From Eukaryota sp. GEM-RC1 (lineage: Eukaryota), in the NCBI GenBank assembly GCA_040285855.1, contig JAUFOQ010000006.1, positions 1 to 64,000 of the forward strand: DNA of 64,000 nt. The letters run 5' to 3'. Below the pieces are notes generated by a model that saw nothing but the letters and a program-made list of their open reading frames with translations, was not told the DNA's origin and did no database searches. The position numbers and the translations under genes are program-made. Positions 28,229 through 40,230 of the stretch are shown here, one piece after another; positions within the stretch are counted from its first letter, which is position 1; every line of letters begins with the position of its first letter.

Positions 28229-29759
28229 CGGTTAATTAGACTAATTCACCATGAATTAAATTAGTCTCGATTTTGGTTTTGGACAAAATGCATAACACAC
28301 TCGATTTTATTTATTTTAAATTAATTCATCAGGTAAGACTTACTTATCATTTGACATGGTTGACTTCATACACTGTTAAGTAAGCTCCAAAAAATGTTTG
28401 TTGTCAATGGTTTTTGCTGAGTTTTCTTGATTGCTTCTCATTATCCTTTGTTTATTATTTTTAGCTCGGTTGCAGAACTTCAATCTGGTTGCGTTCCATT
28501 TACACGGAAAAGTTGACGTTCCTCCCATCTTTGTTGAGATTAAAAGAAGGACCACATCGCATCATTGCCTTACTGGCCAAACTGACACCATCTTCGTTGA
28601 TTAATCCAGTGAATTGTTTCTGTAGCTCACTCCATATAGCATTTTTTGTCCGGATTCTTCAGTTTTCCAGACGATTGTCTCCATTGGTTTGTCCGGATCA
28701 GTTCCTTTTTCTGTTCTTGTCATTTACAAGTCCAGTACTGCTTGATCTTCTGTATGATAAAGCTATCACATGACTGACAAAGACCAGTACTATTTGGAGG
28801 CAAGAACGCTATCTCTGCATTCAAAGCTGATAGAGCGTTTGCAACTTCTTCTGTCAATTTGTGACACAGGGCATTGTCACAAAAATAAGAATCTTTGTCT
28901 TGAAAATGGATTCACTCTTCGCTCCTTGAAATACTCAGCAAAGGTAACCTGAGTCATAAACCCATTTTTTCCTGTTCTGTAACACACATCTTCATCAGCA
29001 TCACTCAAACCATTAATTGGATAGCTTTTGTTTTGGGTTTTAAAAGATTAGGAAGGGTACTGAAACTTTGGCATTAATCCCACCCGACAATTTGACAACC
29101 ATAGCAAAGTCCTGGGACCCACTGACCACATCTGCATATGACACTTTTTCATCACCAATAAAACTTAAAGTCTTTCCCGTTATTTCATTTATAATTAAAT
29201 GAGTTTCATCGAGTGAACCCTCCACGAATTTTCGACTAACAGTTCCCGAATGATAGGCGACAGTACGTTTAGTAGACAATCGTCTTTGTGGAGACAGGTC
29301 TTTACCACTCTGGGTTCGGGAGACAATTTTAAGAAGCTCCATAAATGTTTGAGTCCAAATAGGAGTTATTCGTTCTTCTATTTTTAAAGAGGCAGAAGTT
29401 TCCTTGTATCTGAGTTTGAACTCAGGATGGTCACTCTCAATTAAGAAATGTTTTGCTAAAGATTCAAGCATTCGAATGTTAAATCCCACATATGCCTTCC
29501 GTAGTCTAACAAACTCATAGAGAAGTACATTTTATAACCAACTAATCCAACAACTAATCCGGAAGTGCTTTGAGAATAGACCTCTTCAGTCGCAGAAGCG
29601 GACAACATGGGGGATTTTTGATCCGAGAAAACTGATTTGAAGTTAGACTAATTTGCATAAGAGAATTGTATTTTCGTGGACTTCATATAGAAATTAGTCT
29701 AAGTTAGACCAATTATCATGTTAGACTAATTTACTAGTTAGTCTAATTTCAATGACCGG
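28229..29759 (-). mobile_element. Second degenerate pogo-like DDE DNA transposon
   Basis: SLDETHLIIN...GKTLSFIG..VSYADVVSG...LSGG...PFLIF, continuing out of frame as SYPINGL...YRTGKNGFMTQ. Imperfect inverted ends (CGGT...AATTAGACTAA) and repeated TTAGACTAA/TTAGTCTAA motifs. Confidence 0.75.
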
Positions 29760-31403
29760 CATTGTGAGATAGTGTATTATATTATGGTTAATTAATAAGC
29801 CGTTTAAATCAATGATAAAATTTTGTAATGGCCTTTTAACTAAATAGTTTGGTTGTAACTACATGTACTTGTCGTACTTGAGTAGTTCGTTTAATACTTT
29901 GTTTTAATAGTCTGTATTCGTATCGAGTTTCTTGTTTTGTACTTTTCTCAACACATGGACTCGTTTTTTTAACACGGTATTTATAAGACCATTGGTAAGA
30001 CCGATGGAATAGGTGAAAACTGGGTATTTTGATTTAGAATCTCAGGAACAGAAACCTTCAGAACTTCAACCTAGGGTATAACTGAATCAAAGACATCATA
30101 TGTACTGTCTTGCAAATGATGAATGAATATTTGGTTTGATACCTGTCAAAGACCTCGTCTGTGATTCGTCTCGTCATCAGCATTGTTGACAACAACCACA
30201 CAATAGTAGAACATAGCATATATTCTGTGACGTTCTTGAAAACGTCCTCCAGAGCACAAACAGTGTACTTTTCATTTCAGAATGTCAGTTGAAGTCGCTT
30301 ATAATGGATCACTGATATCGCGTTTGATAATATCGTTTCCTGTAGGAAGTGTAACTTTGAAGAAACACGTGGTGTATGTGATCATCATGTAAGTACTAGT
30401 ACAATCTATCATTTATGTTGGTTGTCATCAGCATTAGGAGCATTATTGGTTCCCAAGTCAAGAAAATCTTCTTGTTTCGACAAATAGTTTTTTCTTGTTA
30501 ATTTTGTTCAAAATTGTCGCTAATTTCACATGACCTCTGGCAACATGTTTTCAAGCAGATATTTGTGAAACACTAGAATGATGTGTCACCTCTTTAAAAT
30601 TTGCTCTAAAGAAACTCCAAAAACACCTTTTAAAACAATTTGAATGTCTGGATTTTAAAAATCGACTGGGCTCGGCCAAAAAAAAATCCAGTGTTCGAAA
30701 AATTTTTAATTGATTCGAAGGACAGTTCTTCAGTTGCTTTGATTAACCAAATTCCTCAGACTTATGGTTTGTTGTTGAATGATCATCAATGGACTACAAC
30801 ATTCAGGCTTCGATGTTTCATGTGGCCCTCTAATTTACCTAATGATCTTCAATGTAATGTGGTAAATTAGATACTTTTTCTCACCTTTTGAGTTGCAATC
30901 GTTTCATTACTTATAGAACTTGTATTCCTGATGCTGCCAGAGATCAAATTCATGCCATGTGTAAGTCCTACAAAATAGAATCTTTCGTTGAGCCTGAGAT
31001 CACTGGAATTCAATAATTTCAAAAATAGTGATTCTGATAAGACTTTTGGTAAAAGAAGAGCTGACGTAATAGTTCCATCAGTCAATGATGAACTAACGGT
31101 TGTTGATGTGATTACTGTGGATGTTTGCAAAAAAAGTGCATTCAAGGATGCTGAAAGTGAAGTTTTTCCACTGGATTTTTCCGAACAATACAAAAGAAAC
31201 AAATATGATGAACCATTGACTGCTCTCAAACATATTAGACATGTTGAGTACAAATTATGTCCTTTTGCAATTTCAATTTATGGTCAACTTGGTAGATGTT
31301 AGCCACAGGTGTTAGTGAAGTGTTACTAGTACGTATAATTTGATTTATAAACATCCTTTTACCTTCCCCTTTGCACCTTTAGGTATTAATAATTATTATC
31401 CTC

Positions 31404-33067
31404 ATGGTAAAAAAGAGGAATCTTACTACAGCTGCTCCTAAAAAAGGAGTTACTAACCGCAGACAGCCAAGTAGGTCTGTCAAAAGACCAGAGTATCGAA
31501 GAGCTCTGCCACCCCGATCGAAGTGCCTACTGAATCCTCAGTAGATGAAGAGGACTTTGTGTCCGAACTCTCCTCACACGAGAGCCCATCTTCAAACGTT
31601 GATGGAAGTTCCTTGGCTTCTTCGGAAGCCGGCGAAACGACTGGTATAAGACCCTTGGGCTCTACGGAGTCTGGCGGCAACCCTGGTCCTTTGGAGTCAT
31701 CCATTGGACCAGAACAGGAAGATCCTCTTGGAATCAAGAAGGTCCTGGAGAAATACGGAGTTCCCGTTGTCTCTTCAGATACCACAAGTACTCCGGGAGA
31801 CAATGTTGTGGGTAATACTACTTCGTCTGTAGTTCAGCCAACATCATTGCCCTCTCATCATGTTTCTGATTCTTCCTTGTTAGTTAGTAGTTTATTACAT
31901 AAAGATAACGTTGATCCTTCAGTTCCTCTGTCTAGAGAGGTTGAAGAGAGCCTTAGGCAACTTCAAACAGTCCTAGCTCAGCATAAGACCAGGGCAGAAG
32001 AAGCAAAACGACAGCTTCTGGAGCAACAGCAAAAAACAGCCAATCTTTCCATGACTGAGAGAGCTCTAGCTGTAGAACAACAAACCGGTTATGTGTCTAG
32101 ACCTCATAGAGATGCAGTTCCCAACGATCTCATCCCGTTTGTAAGTCCGTACGATCAGAGTGTCTCCATCTCTGACTACGACTTGTGGCATCTTGCCAAA
32201 TTTGCTCCCTGGCATCCCACGTTGCGTCATAGAATGCCTGCTGGAAGACATTACTTGCTGAATAATGTTCCTCCTGGCACGTCTCCTCAAGCCATAAAAC
32301 AGTTTTTGGGTGACTTATATGATAGTAGAGCTGGTGATACTTATAGGTTTCCTTCCACCTACTCTTGGGATCCTAGACATGGTATCATCATTGAACCTTT
32401 AGTCCAGATATTCAGTGCTGATGGTCAGTCAGTTTCATATGAATTCTCCGCCTGGTACTTACATTCGTTGAACAATAAACGCAAGTTATATCACAACGTA
32501 TCTGTAAGTACCGAATGGCTCCTACTGGTCATCAGTATAGTCATTTACCTGCGGCGACAAGAGTTCTGGATAGTTTGTCAACTTCACCACAAGATGTTGA
32601 CTCTGTCCCTGTTCAACCTTTTTCTGGAATTGGTGGTTCCCAATTGGTACTCCCGATACACTGGACCTTATTTAGTTGTCTCAATTGATTCGAATCAGAT
32701 CAATGAATCAGATCTACCTGCTGATCATGATCTCCACAGAGCAATTGCTTCTGGGGATTCTGAAGAACACATCGTGGTTAAGATCCTAGATAGGTTCAAT
32801 ACACCCGATGGTGAACATTGTACTGTACTTTGTTTTGGTGGTGATACTTCATCAGTTCCCACCAAGGACATCAAGAACACCAAGGCGTATAGTGAATTTG
32901 TAAAATTAGAAAATGTAGATTTATTTTGGAATAGTAGAAACGTAGCTAAGAGTAAACCCACTAAGCTTAAACGTACCTCAAGTAGTATGAGTATTCCAAA
33001 GTCATCGTCTGTAGTTAAGTCACCTGTAGCTAAGAGGACAAGGAGCTCAAGAAGAGAGAAGAGGTAA
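31404..33067 (+). CDS. Internal ORF of the tandem LTR element, copy 1: unknown Ser-rich/coiled-coil protein ending in an integrase GPY motif and a chromodomain-like segment
   Basis: ATG at 31404 joins ORF 31523-33067 by a 1-bp shift at CAAAAG (31481). C-terminus WYSRYTGPYLVV...EEHIVVKILDR...CTVL.FGG. No RT, RNase H or DDE motifs. Confidence 0.65.
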
Positions 33068-33174
33068 TGTTAGCCACAGGTGTTAGTGAAGTGTTACTAG
33101 TACGTATAATTTGATTTATAAACATCCTTTTACCTTCCCCTTTGCACCTTTAGGTATTAATAATTATTATCCTC

Positions 33175-34839
33175 ATGGTAAAAAAGAGGAATCTTACTAC
33201 AGCTGCTCCTAAAAAAGGAGTTACTAACCGCAGACAGCCAAGTAGGTCTGTCAAAAGACCAGAGTATCGAAGAGCTCTGCCACCCCGATCGAAGTGCCTA
33301 CTGAATCCTCAGTAGATGAAGAGGACTTTGTGTCCGAACTCTCCTCACACGAGAGCCCATCTTCAAACGTTGATGGAAGTTCCTTGGCTTCTTCGGAAGC
33401 CGGCGAAACGACTGGTATAAGACCCTTGGGCTCTACGGAGTCTGGCGGCAACCCTGGTCCTTTGGAGTCATCCATTGGACCAGAACAGGAAGATCCTCTT
33501 GGAATCAAGAAGGTCCTGGAGAAATACGGAGTTCCCGTTGTCTCTTCAGATACCACAAGTACTCCGGGAGACAATGTTGTGGGTAATACTACTTCGTCTG
33601 TAGTTCAGCCAACATCATTGCCCTCTCATCATGTTTCTGATTCTTCCTTGTTAGTTAGTAGTTTATTACATAAAGATAACGTTGATCCTTCAGTTCCTCT
33701 GTCTAGAGAGGTTGAAGAGAGCCTTAGGCAACTTCAAACAGTCCTAGCTCAGCATAAGACCAGGGCAGAAGAAGCAAAACGACAGCTTCTGGAGCAACAG
33801 CAAAAAACAGCCAATCTTTCCATGACTGAGAGAGCTCTAGCTGTAGAACAACAAACCGGTTATGTGTCTAGACCTCATAGAGATGCAGTTCCCAACGATC
33901 TCATCCCGTTTGTAAGTCCGTACGATCAGAGTGTCTCCATCTCTGACTACGACTTGTGGCATCTTGCCAAATTTGCTCCCTGGCATCCCACTTTGCGTCA
34001 TAGAATGCCTGCTGGAAGACATTACTTGCTGAATAATGTTCCTCCTGGCACGTCTCCTCAAGCCATAAAACAGTTTTTGGGTGACTTATATGATAGTAGA
34101 GCTGGTGATACTTATAGGTTTCCTTCCACCTACTCTTGGGATCCTAGACATGGTATCATCATTGAACCTTTAGTCCAGATATTCAGTGCTGATGGTCAGT
34201 CAGTTTCATATGAATTCTCCGCCTGGTACTTACATTCGTTGAACAATAAACGCAAGTTATATCACAACGTATCTGTAAGTACCGAATGGCTCCCTACTGG
34301 TCATCAGTATAGTCATTTACCTGCGGCGACAAGAGTTCTGGATAGTTTGTCAACTTCACCACAAGATGTTGACTCTGTCCCTGTTCAACCTTTTTCTGGA
34401 ATTGGTGGTTCCCAATTGGTACTCCCGATACACTGGACCTTATTTAGTTGTCTCAATTGATTCGAATCAGATCAATGAATCAGATCTACCTGCTGATCAT
34501 GATCTCCACAGAGCAATTGCTTCTGGGGATTCTGAAGAACACATCGTGGTTAAGATCCTAGATAGGTTCAATACACCCGATGGTGAACATTGTACTGTAC
34601 TTTGGTTTGGTGGTGATACTTCATCAGTTCCCACCAAGGACATCAAGAACACCAAGGCGTATAGTGAATTTGTAAAATTAGAAAATGTAGATTTATTTTG
34701 GAATAGTAGAAACGTAGCTAAGAGTAAACCCACTAAGCTTAAACGTACCTCAAGTAGTATGAGTATTCCAAAGTCATCGTCTGTAGTTAAGTCACCTGTA
34801 GCTAAGAGGACAAGGAGCTCAAGAAGAGAGAAGAGGTAA
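33175..34839 (+). CDS. Internal ORF(s) of the tandem LTR element, copy 2 (two overlapping frames, 33294-34460 and 34366-34839)
   Basis: Near-identical to copy 1. One extra C at ~34292 changes the frame connection. Confidence 0.6.
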
Positions 34840-34920
34840 TGTTAGCCACAGGTGAAGTGTTACTAGTACGTATAATTTGATTTATAAACATCCTTTTACC
34901 TTCCCCTTTGCACCTTTAGG

Positions 34921-35665
34921 CAGGAGTTGGAAAAATTGCATTGCCAATTAATTGTTCTCAGTTTTTCAGAGACAATGAATTATTGCAATTATCACATGTG
35001 CTACAATTAATTGGGCAATTAATTGGTCTGTGATAAAGTGACCATTTGCACTTAAAAGAAAGTTCAAAAGTTTGTTCTTTATGATAACAAAACTAGTTTT
35101 TCAGTGTACAATCAGTGTTCATCAACGTCTTGCAGGATATTGTGCGCTTAATACCGGAAAATTACCTATTGAGTTCGTTTTCTACAAAGTTGAACGGTCT
35201 GAGGCCTTTAATAACCAACTTCATTCATTTAAAGTATTCTGAGTATTTGTCGTCAATTACAAATGTGCCAAGAGTGCTCATTTGCCTTTCATCAAGTCAT
35301 TGTGCTCCTGTTGAAAATTAACATGCTTTGTTCTCAGATGGTTGGAAAGATTTGTTCACACGTTACCTTTCAATATCATTGCTTTGCACTTACAAGTGTA
35401 GTGTTGCCCTTTGACGTGAGCACTTTTTCCAGAATCGGACGGAGAAAAGAAAGTCAAGCACAGAGTACGATTGTCTGTAGGTAAAGGAAGGAAAGTGTTT
35501 TATTGTACATCTGCATTCTGTTATCTGTTTGTAATTTCTATTCATTTCGTGCATTTGAAACCCCCGTGATAATTGCAATTAATTGCCCAATTAATTGTCG
35601 TCCTATTTTGGGGCCAATTACTTATTGCAATTAATTAATTGGCAATGCAATTTTTCCAACTCCTG
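34921..35665 (+). mobile_element. Non-autonomous hAT element/MITE inserted in the third LTR
   Basis: Perfect ~33-bp TIRs CAGGAGTTGGAAAAATTGCATTGCCAATTAATT; 8-bp TSD CCTTTAGG at 34913-34920 and 35666-35673; internal RVLICLSSSHCAPVE resembles the hAT dimerisation motif. Confidence 0.95.
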
Positions 35666-35974
35666 CCTTTAGGTATTATAGAGATGCTCTTTGTTTTCTC
35701 TCTGATTTTGAGAAAGTTGTCAAAAAAATGAAAAAGAGATTTGATTTCAAGTTTTGGTTAACACGTATTGTTTTTACCATATTTAAAACAATTCCTATCA
35801 TGATTTCAAAAGCTCTATTAGCTCTCAGTGTTTTTTACGAAGAAAAAGCTGATGAGAGTTGAAATGGCAATGGTTGTTGCTTTAATGATATTGAGTTCTA
35901 GTATTTGTGTTTATCTTAGTGTTTTTGTTCCATCTAGATTAATGAAAATAGTTTAAAAACATAATGGTTCCAGC

Positions 35975-36522
35975 CAATGTGCTCAAATCTTTGGTACGTA
36001 TTGTCCGTACCGTATGTACGGTACGGATCGGTACGTGCCGATGTCATTTGATTTTATAACAAGCACTGTTTATGAATGATCGAATTGTATGTACAATACT
36101 ATTTTTTGGAGTGGCGATTCATTGCCTCGTCAAACACTGGACTATTAAAATTTGGTTCTGCATCTTCTAGTCGTCTAGAAATACACTCTCTGGGTTTTTG
36201 GGCCCTTTATCATTGTTAAATCTCGTATCCGTCACTCGTTAAATGCATTGTGAGTCGATGACGCTACTATTGTTGATTTCATGCGATTCTTCGTTACCAT
36301 TGTCATATTGGGACAGTTGGGGTCCGCAAATGATGTTCCCCAAATTTGAATAAGTGTGACGATCGTGATCTTGACATCATGAGCTATGTTTAACGGTAGA
36401 ATGTATGACGATGGTAACTGTTAAAATCTCACATTGGAACTATCATGTTCACAATAGTAATAATTCTAGTTGGTCGATGCACAGTACGGGTACGCCTAAA
36501 ATCGCCGCGGTACGGAACATTG
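35975..36522. mobile_element. MITE-like element with CAATGT...ACATTG ends and GTAC/CGTAC subterminal repeats
   Basis: Short inverted termini and clustered GTAC motifs at both ends. The direct repeat TGGTTCCAGC at 35965-35974 and 36531-36540 is offset by 8 nt on the right. Confidence 0.6.
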
Positions 36523-36979
36523 GCGTTTCGTGGTTCCAGCTACTAAATCTGTTAAAATAAAAGTACATATTTCTAAATTGGCTTTTTTTTGACATATGAT
36601 ATATTTTTACGGGGATAATTAATTAGAGACAGTTATCTTGAGAGAATGCTTGGGATATCGCCTTAAAATATAAGAAGAAGTAATTCACAGTGATTGATGA
36701 CTCATCAATGATGAGTCTCCCACATTATTTTTAGTCCAAAATCATTTCACATGGTAGATGTGGGGAAGAAGAAAAATGGATTGTTTGAAAACCGATTACC
36801 ACGAAAATGTATTTTAAAGAGTGTTTCAAACAACAGCTTCCCTTCAGCATCACAGCAGCTCTTTGCTTATAGAGAATACTAAGGCTAGAAATTTGTTGTA
36901 CAAGAATTGCTGTTGACTGAAAAATCAACGTCAATATGTTGGTGAATACTTACACAAATGTAGTTGCCTAGGACAAAGA

Positions 36980-37072
36980 TGCAACGACATGGAATCGAAC
37001 CACGGTCACTATGAGAATCCGAATAGTTGTTCAAATAAGAAGTATAGCGTTCTCCCACTGAACTACCGTCGC
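36980..37072 (-). tRNA. Intron-containing tRNA or tRNA pseudogene with a Gly-like body; apparent anticodon TCT (identity uncertain)
   Basis: GCGACGG/TCGTTGC acceptor plus discriminator A; D-arm GTTC-AGTGGGA-GAAC; T-arm CGTGG-TTCGATT-CCATG; 4-nt variable loop; anticodon stem CTATA/CATAG (one mismatch) enclosing 29 nt, i.e. a 7-nt loop plus a ~22-nt intron. Confidence 0.7.
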
Positions 37073-37107
37073 ATTTCCAGTAATGATACCAGATCTAAGG
37101 TAACTAC

Positions 37108-37417
37108 CATAGGGATAATTCTTTTGTGTTTCAACCGTTTCGGATGTTGATACACGGTAATGTTGGACCAGCTGCACAATGTTTTTTAACTTCCTTTGGT
37201 AAATTGTGTTCTGAGTATGGTAAAGTTTTCAATGAAAATTTCTGGTTGAGTAGGTTAACATTTGCGTTGTTTCGTTCAATGCACATAAGTTTTAATTCAA
37301 TTTTAGGTAAGTTGTTGGGTGATGGACAGAAGGATAGTTTAGATACTTTAATTAGGGTCTGTTAGTTATTGTTTTGTGCAAAAGCATTTCTTTCACTGAT
37401 TGACATAAACCCCGGCT
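37108..37417 (+). mobile_element. 5'-truncated CRE-like retroposon 3' end flanked by the 12-bp TSD TAAGGTAACTAC
   Basis: ORF 37126-37365 is closely similar to 48913-49182. Shared 3' end CATAAACCCCG. Direct repeats at 37096-37107 and 37418-37429. Confidence 0.88.
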
Positions 37418-38376
37418 TAAGGTAACTACTAATTAACTTGTAATCTTATAGAACCTAATGGGTCAGACTGTTTTGATCCGAACTACCAAAACCAGAACTT
37501 TGATTTTATAAGTTGTTTTAGTATTACTGCACTTTCTTGCGATCTTCATAGCGACTCTTGTCGTTTTTTCAAGAGCTCTACGCTCTACTAATGGATGTAT
37601 ATATGGTGCAAAAAGACTAACAAACCAGTGGAAAACTTTCAAAGAAAATTGAATAAACTATAGCAGTTAAAAACATCCAGTAGAAGACGATAACATTACA
37701 AAATGTTCAGCTCCACCGGTCTCCAAATACAACCAAAATGAGCACCAATCTTTGCTATAAGAAAATCGGGTTTTTAGGGTTTTTGATATCCCTAGTAAAT
37801 GGATAGTTGGGATGTTGGTGAAACTTCGTTACCTGTTAGAACCATGGCGTTTGGCTCGCACAGACGATATTAGGCGAAAACCAGAAGGACAATTATCCAT
37901 CAAAAAACTGTGGGAGAAGCAACAGGATTCTCTCATCAAGAGAGTGAGTATCAATGAAGGTACAGTACAATTGACAATGCCTGCTGCCCATCGAAACAAA
38001 CATTTGGTAATGACTTGGTAATGAGACGACCTTGTTTGATTCAATAATGGAAACACAGATTCAAAATCTTATAGAAAGGGGACATTTTCAACAAAAGACA
38101 GTGTTAGCAGGGAACTTTCTTCGAGAACAATGGGTTTAATTCATGTCTAGAACATGAGAGTGATTATCATAAAAGTGTTAAAAGAGATCTTCATTCTTTG
38201 AAGACTTCGAAGGATGTTGAAGTCTTGAAAAGAGAAAAGCTCTACTGTGAAGTACAACTATTTATTGGACAGTTATCCTCAACAAGAGCGAAGGACCTCC
38301 CAAAGGACATGGAATCGTGGTGGATTCATTGTGAAAGTAACCAACCAATGGAGCAAATTGGTCTTGTTTCACCATC

Positions 38377-39778
38377 ATGCACTCGCAGTCTAAAACTATT
38401 CATCTTCCAAATCAAGTACTCTTTAAGATACTATCATACAGGTTAACACATCTTTATGCTGCCTTTACATCAAGTTCATCCCCTTTGGACTTCTCCAATC
38501 TCCACCATCTTGTTGGAGAACTGTTCCAATCTGTTGGATTGTTGAGCAAGAGCTTCTTTCAACTGGCGTCAGCAGCCGTTGGTCTGTTTGTTACACGTCA
38601 CCGTTTTGAAGTACACATTGGCAATCTCTCTGAATACGATGCTTTCTGTCACTTTTTCCAAGCCTCGTTGAATTCTGTTCATCTCAATTGCTTTCGCCAC
38701 TCTTTCAAAGAGTCTGACTTACAGGGAAGTCTTATTTCCAAAGCTAACATCAAATCCTTAGTTGTACACTCTCCAATCAATTTTGATTGTTTAATTCCGT
38801 CAACCTCTGACTTTTGTCCCAATCTAAATCGTATCAAAGCCTTTGAATTGGGAACTCAAGGTGCTGTCACTTTGTCAAAAGCATTGTTAGTCAATTCAAC
38901 TTGTACTAACGTTGACATTTCTCATAACTGGATCCAACCAGAAGGACTTTTTGAAATAGCTGATGTTTTGAAAGTTAATTCTACTATAGTTTTTTCTCGA
39001 TTTAACCAACAACTTCATTGGAACTGAAGGTGTGGTTTATTTGGCTGAGTCTTTATTTAACAATCGTACTCTGAAAAAGTTGTATGTAGGATCGAATTGT
39101 ATAAAAGATGAAGGTTTAATTGCCTTGACACGTGTTCTGACGTTTAATTCGACTATTGCGGTCCTAGATGTCTGTGGAAATTCCATTACTGATGTTGGTT
39201 GTATTGCGTTGTCAAAAGTTTTGGGGAAAACCACACTTTCCGAGCTCGATTTGGGTGATAATTCAATATCTTCAGTGGGATTGATATCGTTATCAGAAGA
39301 ATTGAAATATTTTAAATATCTTGAATCACTAAACTTAGAGTATAACTCTTTAGGTACAGCAGGTATCATTGCATTGGCAAATTCCCTTGAAGTAAACTAC
39401 ACATTGTCGTATCTTAATCTCAGTGGTAATTCCATTGATGATAGAGCAACTTCAGCTCTAGCGTCGTGTTTAAAAGTGAACTCTGCCCTTTCTTACCTTT
39501 ATCTTGAGGATAACAAAATTTCCAATGTTGGTGCTATGAATCTAATGGAATCAATTGAAGGTAACCCCGTGATTTCAAAAGTTAAGCTCACTTTTAACTC
39601 TGTCGACAGCTCAACAATGGAATCGGTGTCTAGTAAAGTAATTTTTGATTTGATGTACTTTCAGTGTTTTTTTCTCTATTTTTGGAGTAACATTGTGCTG
39701 TTTCCTTTGACGAATGGCCCCTGCCAAATGGACTATCATTCGGATAATTCGCTTATTTTTTTTAAATTTTGTGATTGA
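38377..39778 (+). CDS. F-box-like plus RI-type LRR protein; one frameshift in the T-run near 38990
   Basis: N-terminal LPNQVLFKILSY resembles the F-box signature. Several 28-aa repeats LxxNxTLxxLxLxxNxIxxxGxxxL. The true C-terminal end may lie before 39778. Confidence 0.8.
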
Positions 39779-40230
39779 TTCCGAAGAATATTTTAATTTA
39801 ATCGGGTTTTACATGATCTACTTGTATCCTTTTATTTTGACGACAATTGTATTCTATTCCTGTTTTTTTCTTTCATAACCACTTTTTTCTGATCACTCAT
39901 GGTTGATTTTGTTTGAAGGTTATTACAAAATGCATTCCTCAATTGATTGGAATGTTACATCCACAATAACTACTTTACTTCGTAAGAACTACATCCAAAA
40001 TAGACCATGTTACAAAAAACTTCAGAAACTTGTTGGAAAATAATACAGTACTTTAATTCATGTACTGAAAATGAAATACAAATACACGAAATAAAAAAAA
40101 TACAGAAAATTGTATTTTCCAGGGATGATACCAACAATAACACACGAGTCGTCCAATATATCAGCAATCCGAATGTAATCATTGTCGTAGAGTGATCAAA
40201 ACATTGGTTGCAGTGCGATCACAGAACTAG

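Larger units (their letters stand above)
31297..35678 (+). mobile_element. Non-autonomous LTR element in tandem: LTR-internal-LTR-internal-LTR (92-bp LTRs, TG...TA ends, 4-bp TSD TAGA)
   Basis: LTRs at 31297-31388, 33068-33159 and 34840-35678 (the third has a 6-bp deletion and a hAT insertion). Units are 1771 and 1772 bp and almost identical. Polypurine tract AGAAGAGAGAAGAGG(TAA) precedes LTR2 and LTR3. TSD at 31293-31296 and 35679-35682. Confidence 0.92.
30590..35935 (+). mobile_element. CRE-like non-LTR 3' region (30590-31296 and 35683-35935), split by the LTR element
   Basis: INQIPQTYGLLLND...RLR, RRADVIV...VVDVITVD...KRNKY...PFAISIYGQLGR. Removing the insert and one TAGA copy restores the frame GQLGRDALCFLSDFEKVVKKMKKRFDFKFWLTRIVF. 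Confidence 0.9.

Noticed and set aside
37096..37107. R2 28S rDNA target site
   Set aside because: TAAGGTAAC only partly resembles TAAGGTAGC, and the flanks are not rDNA.
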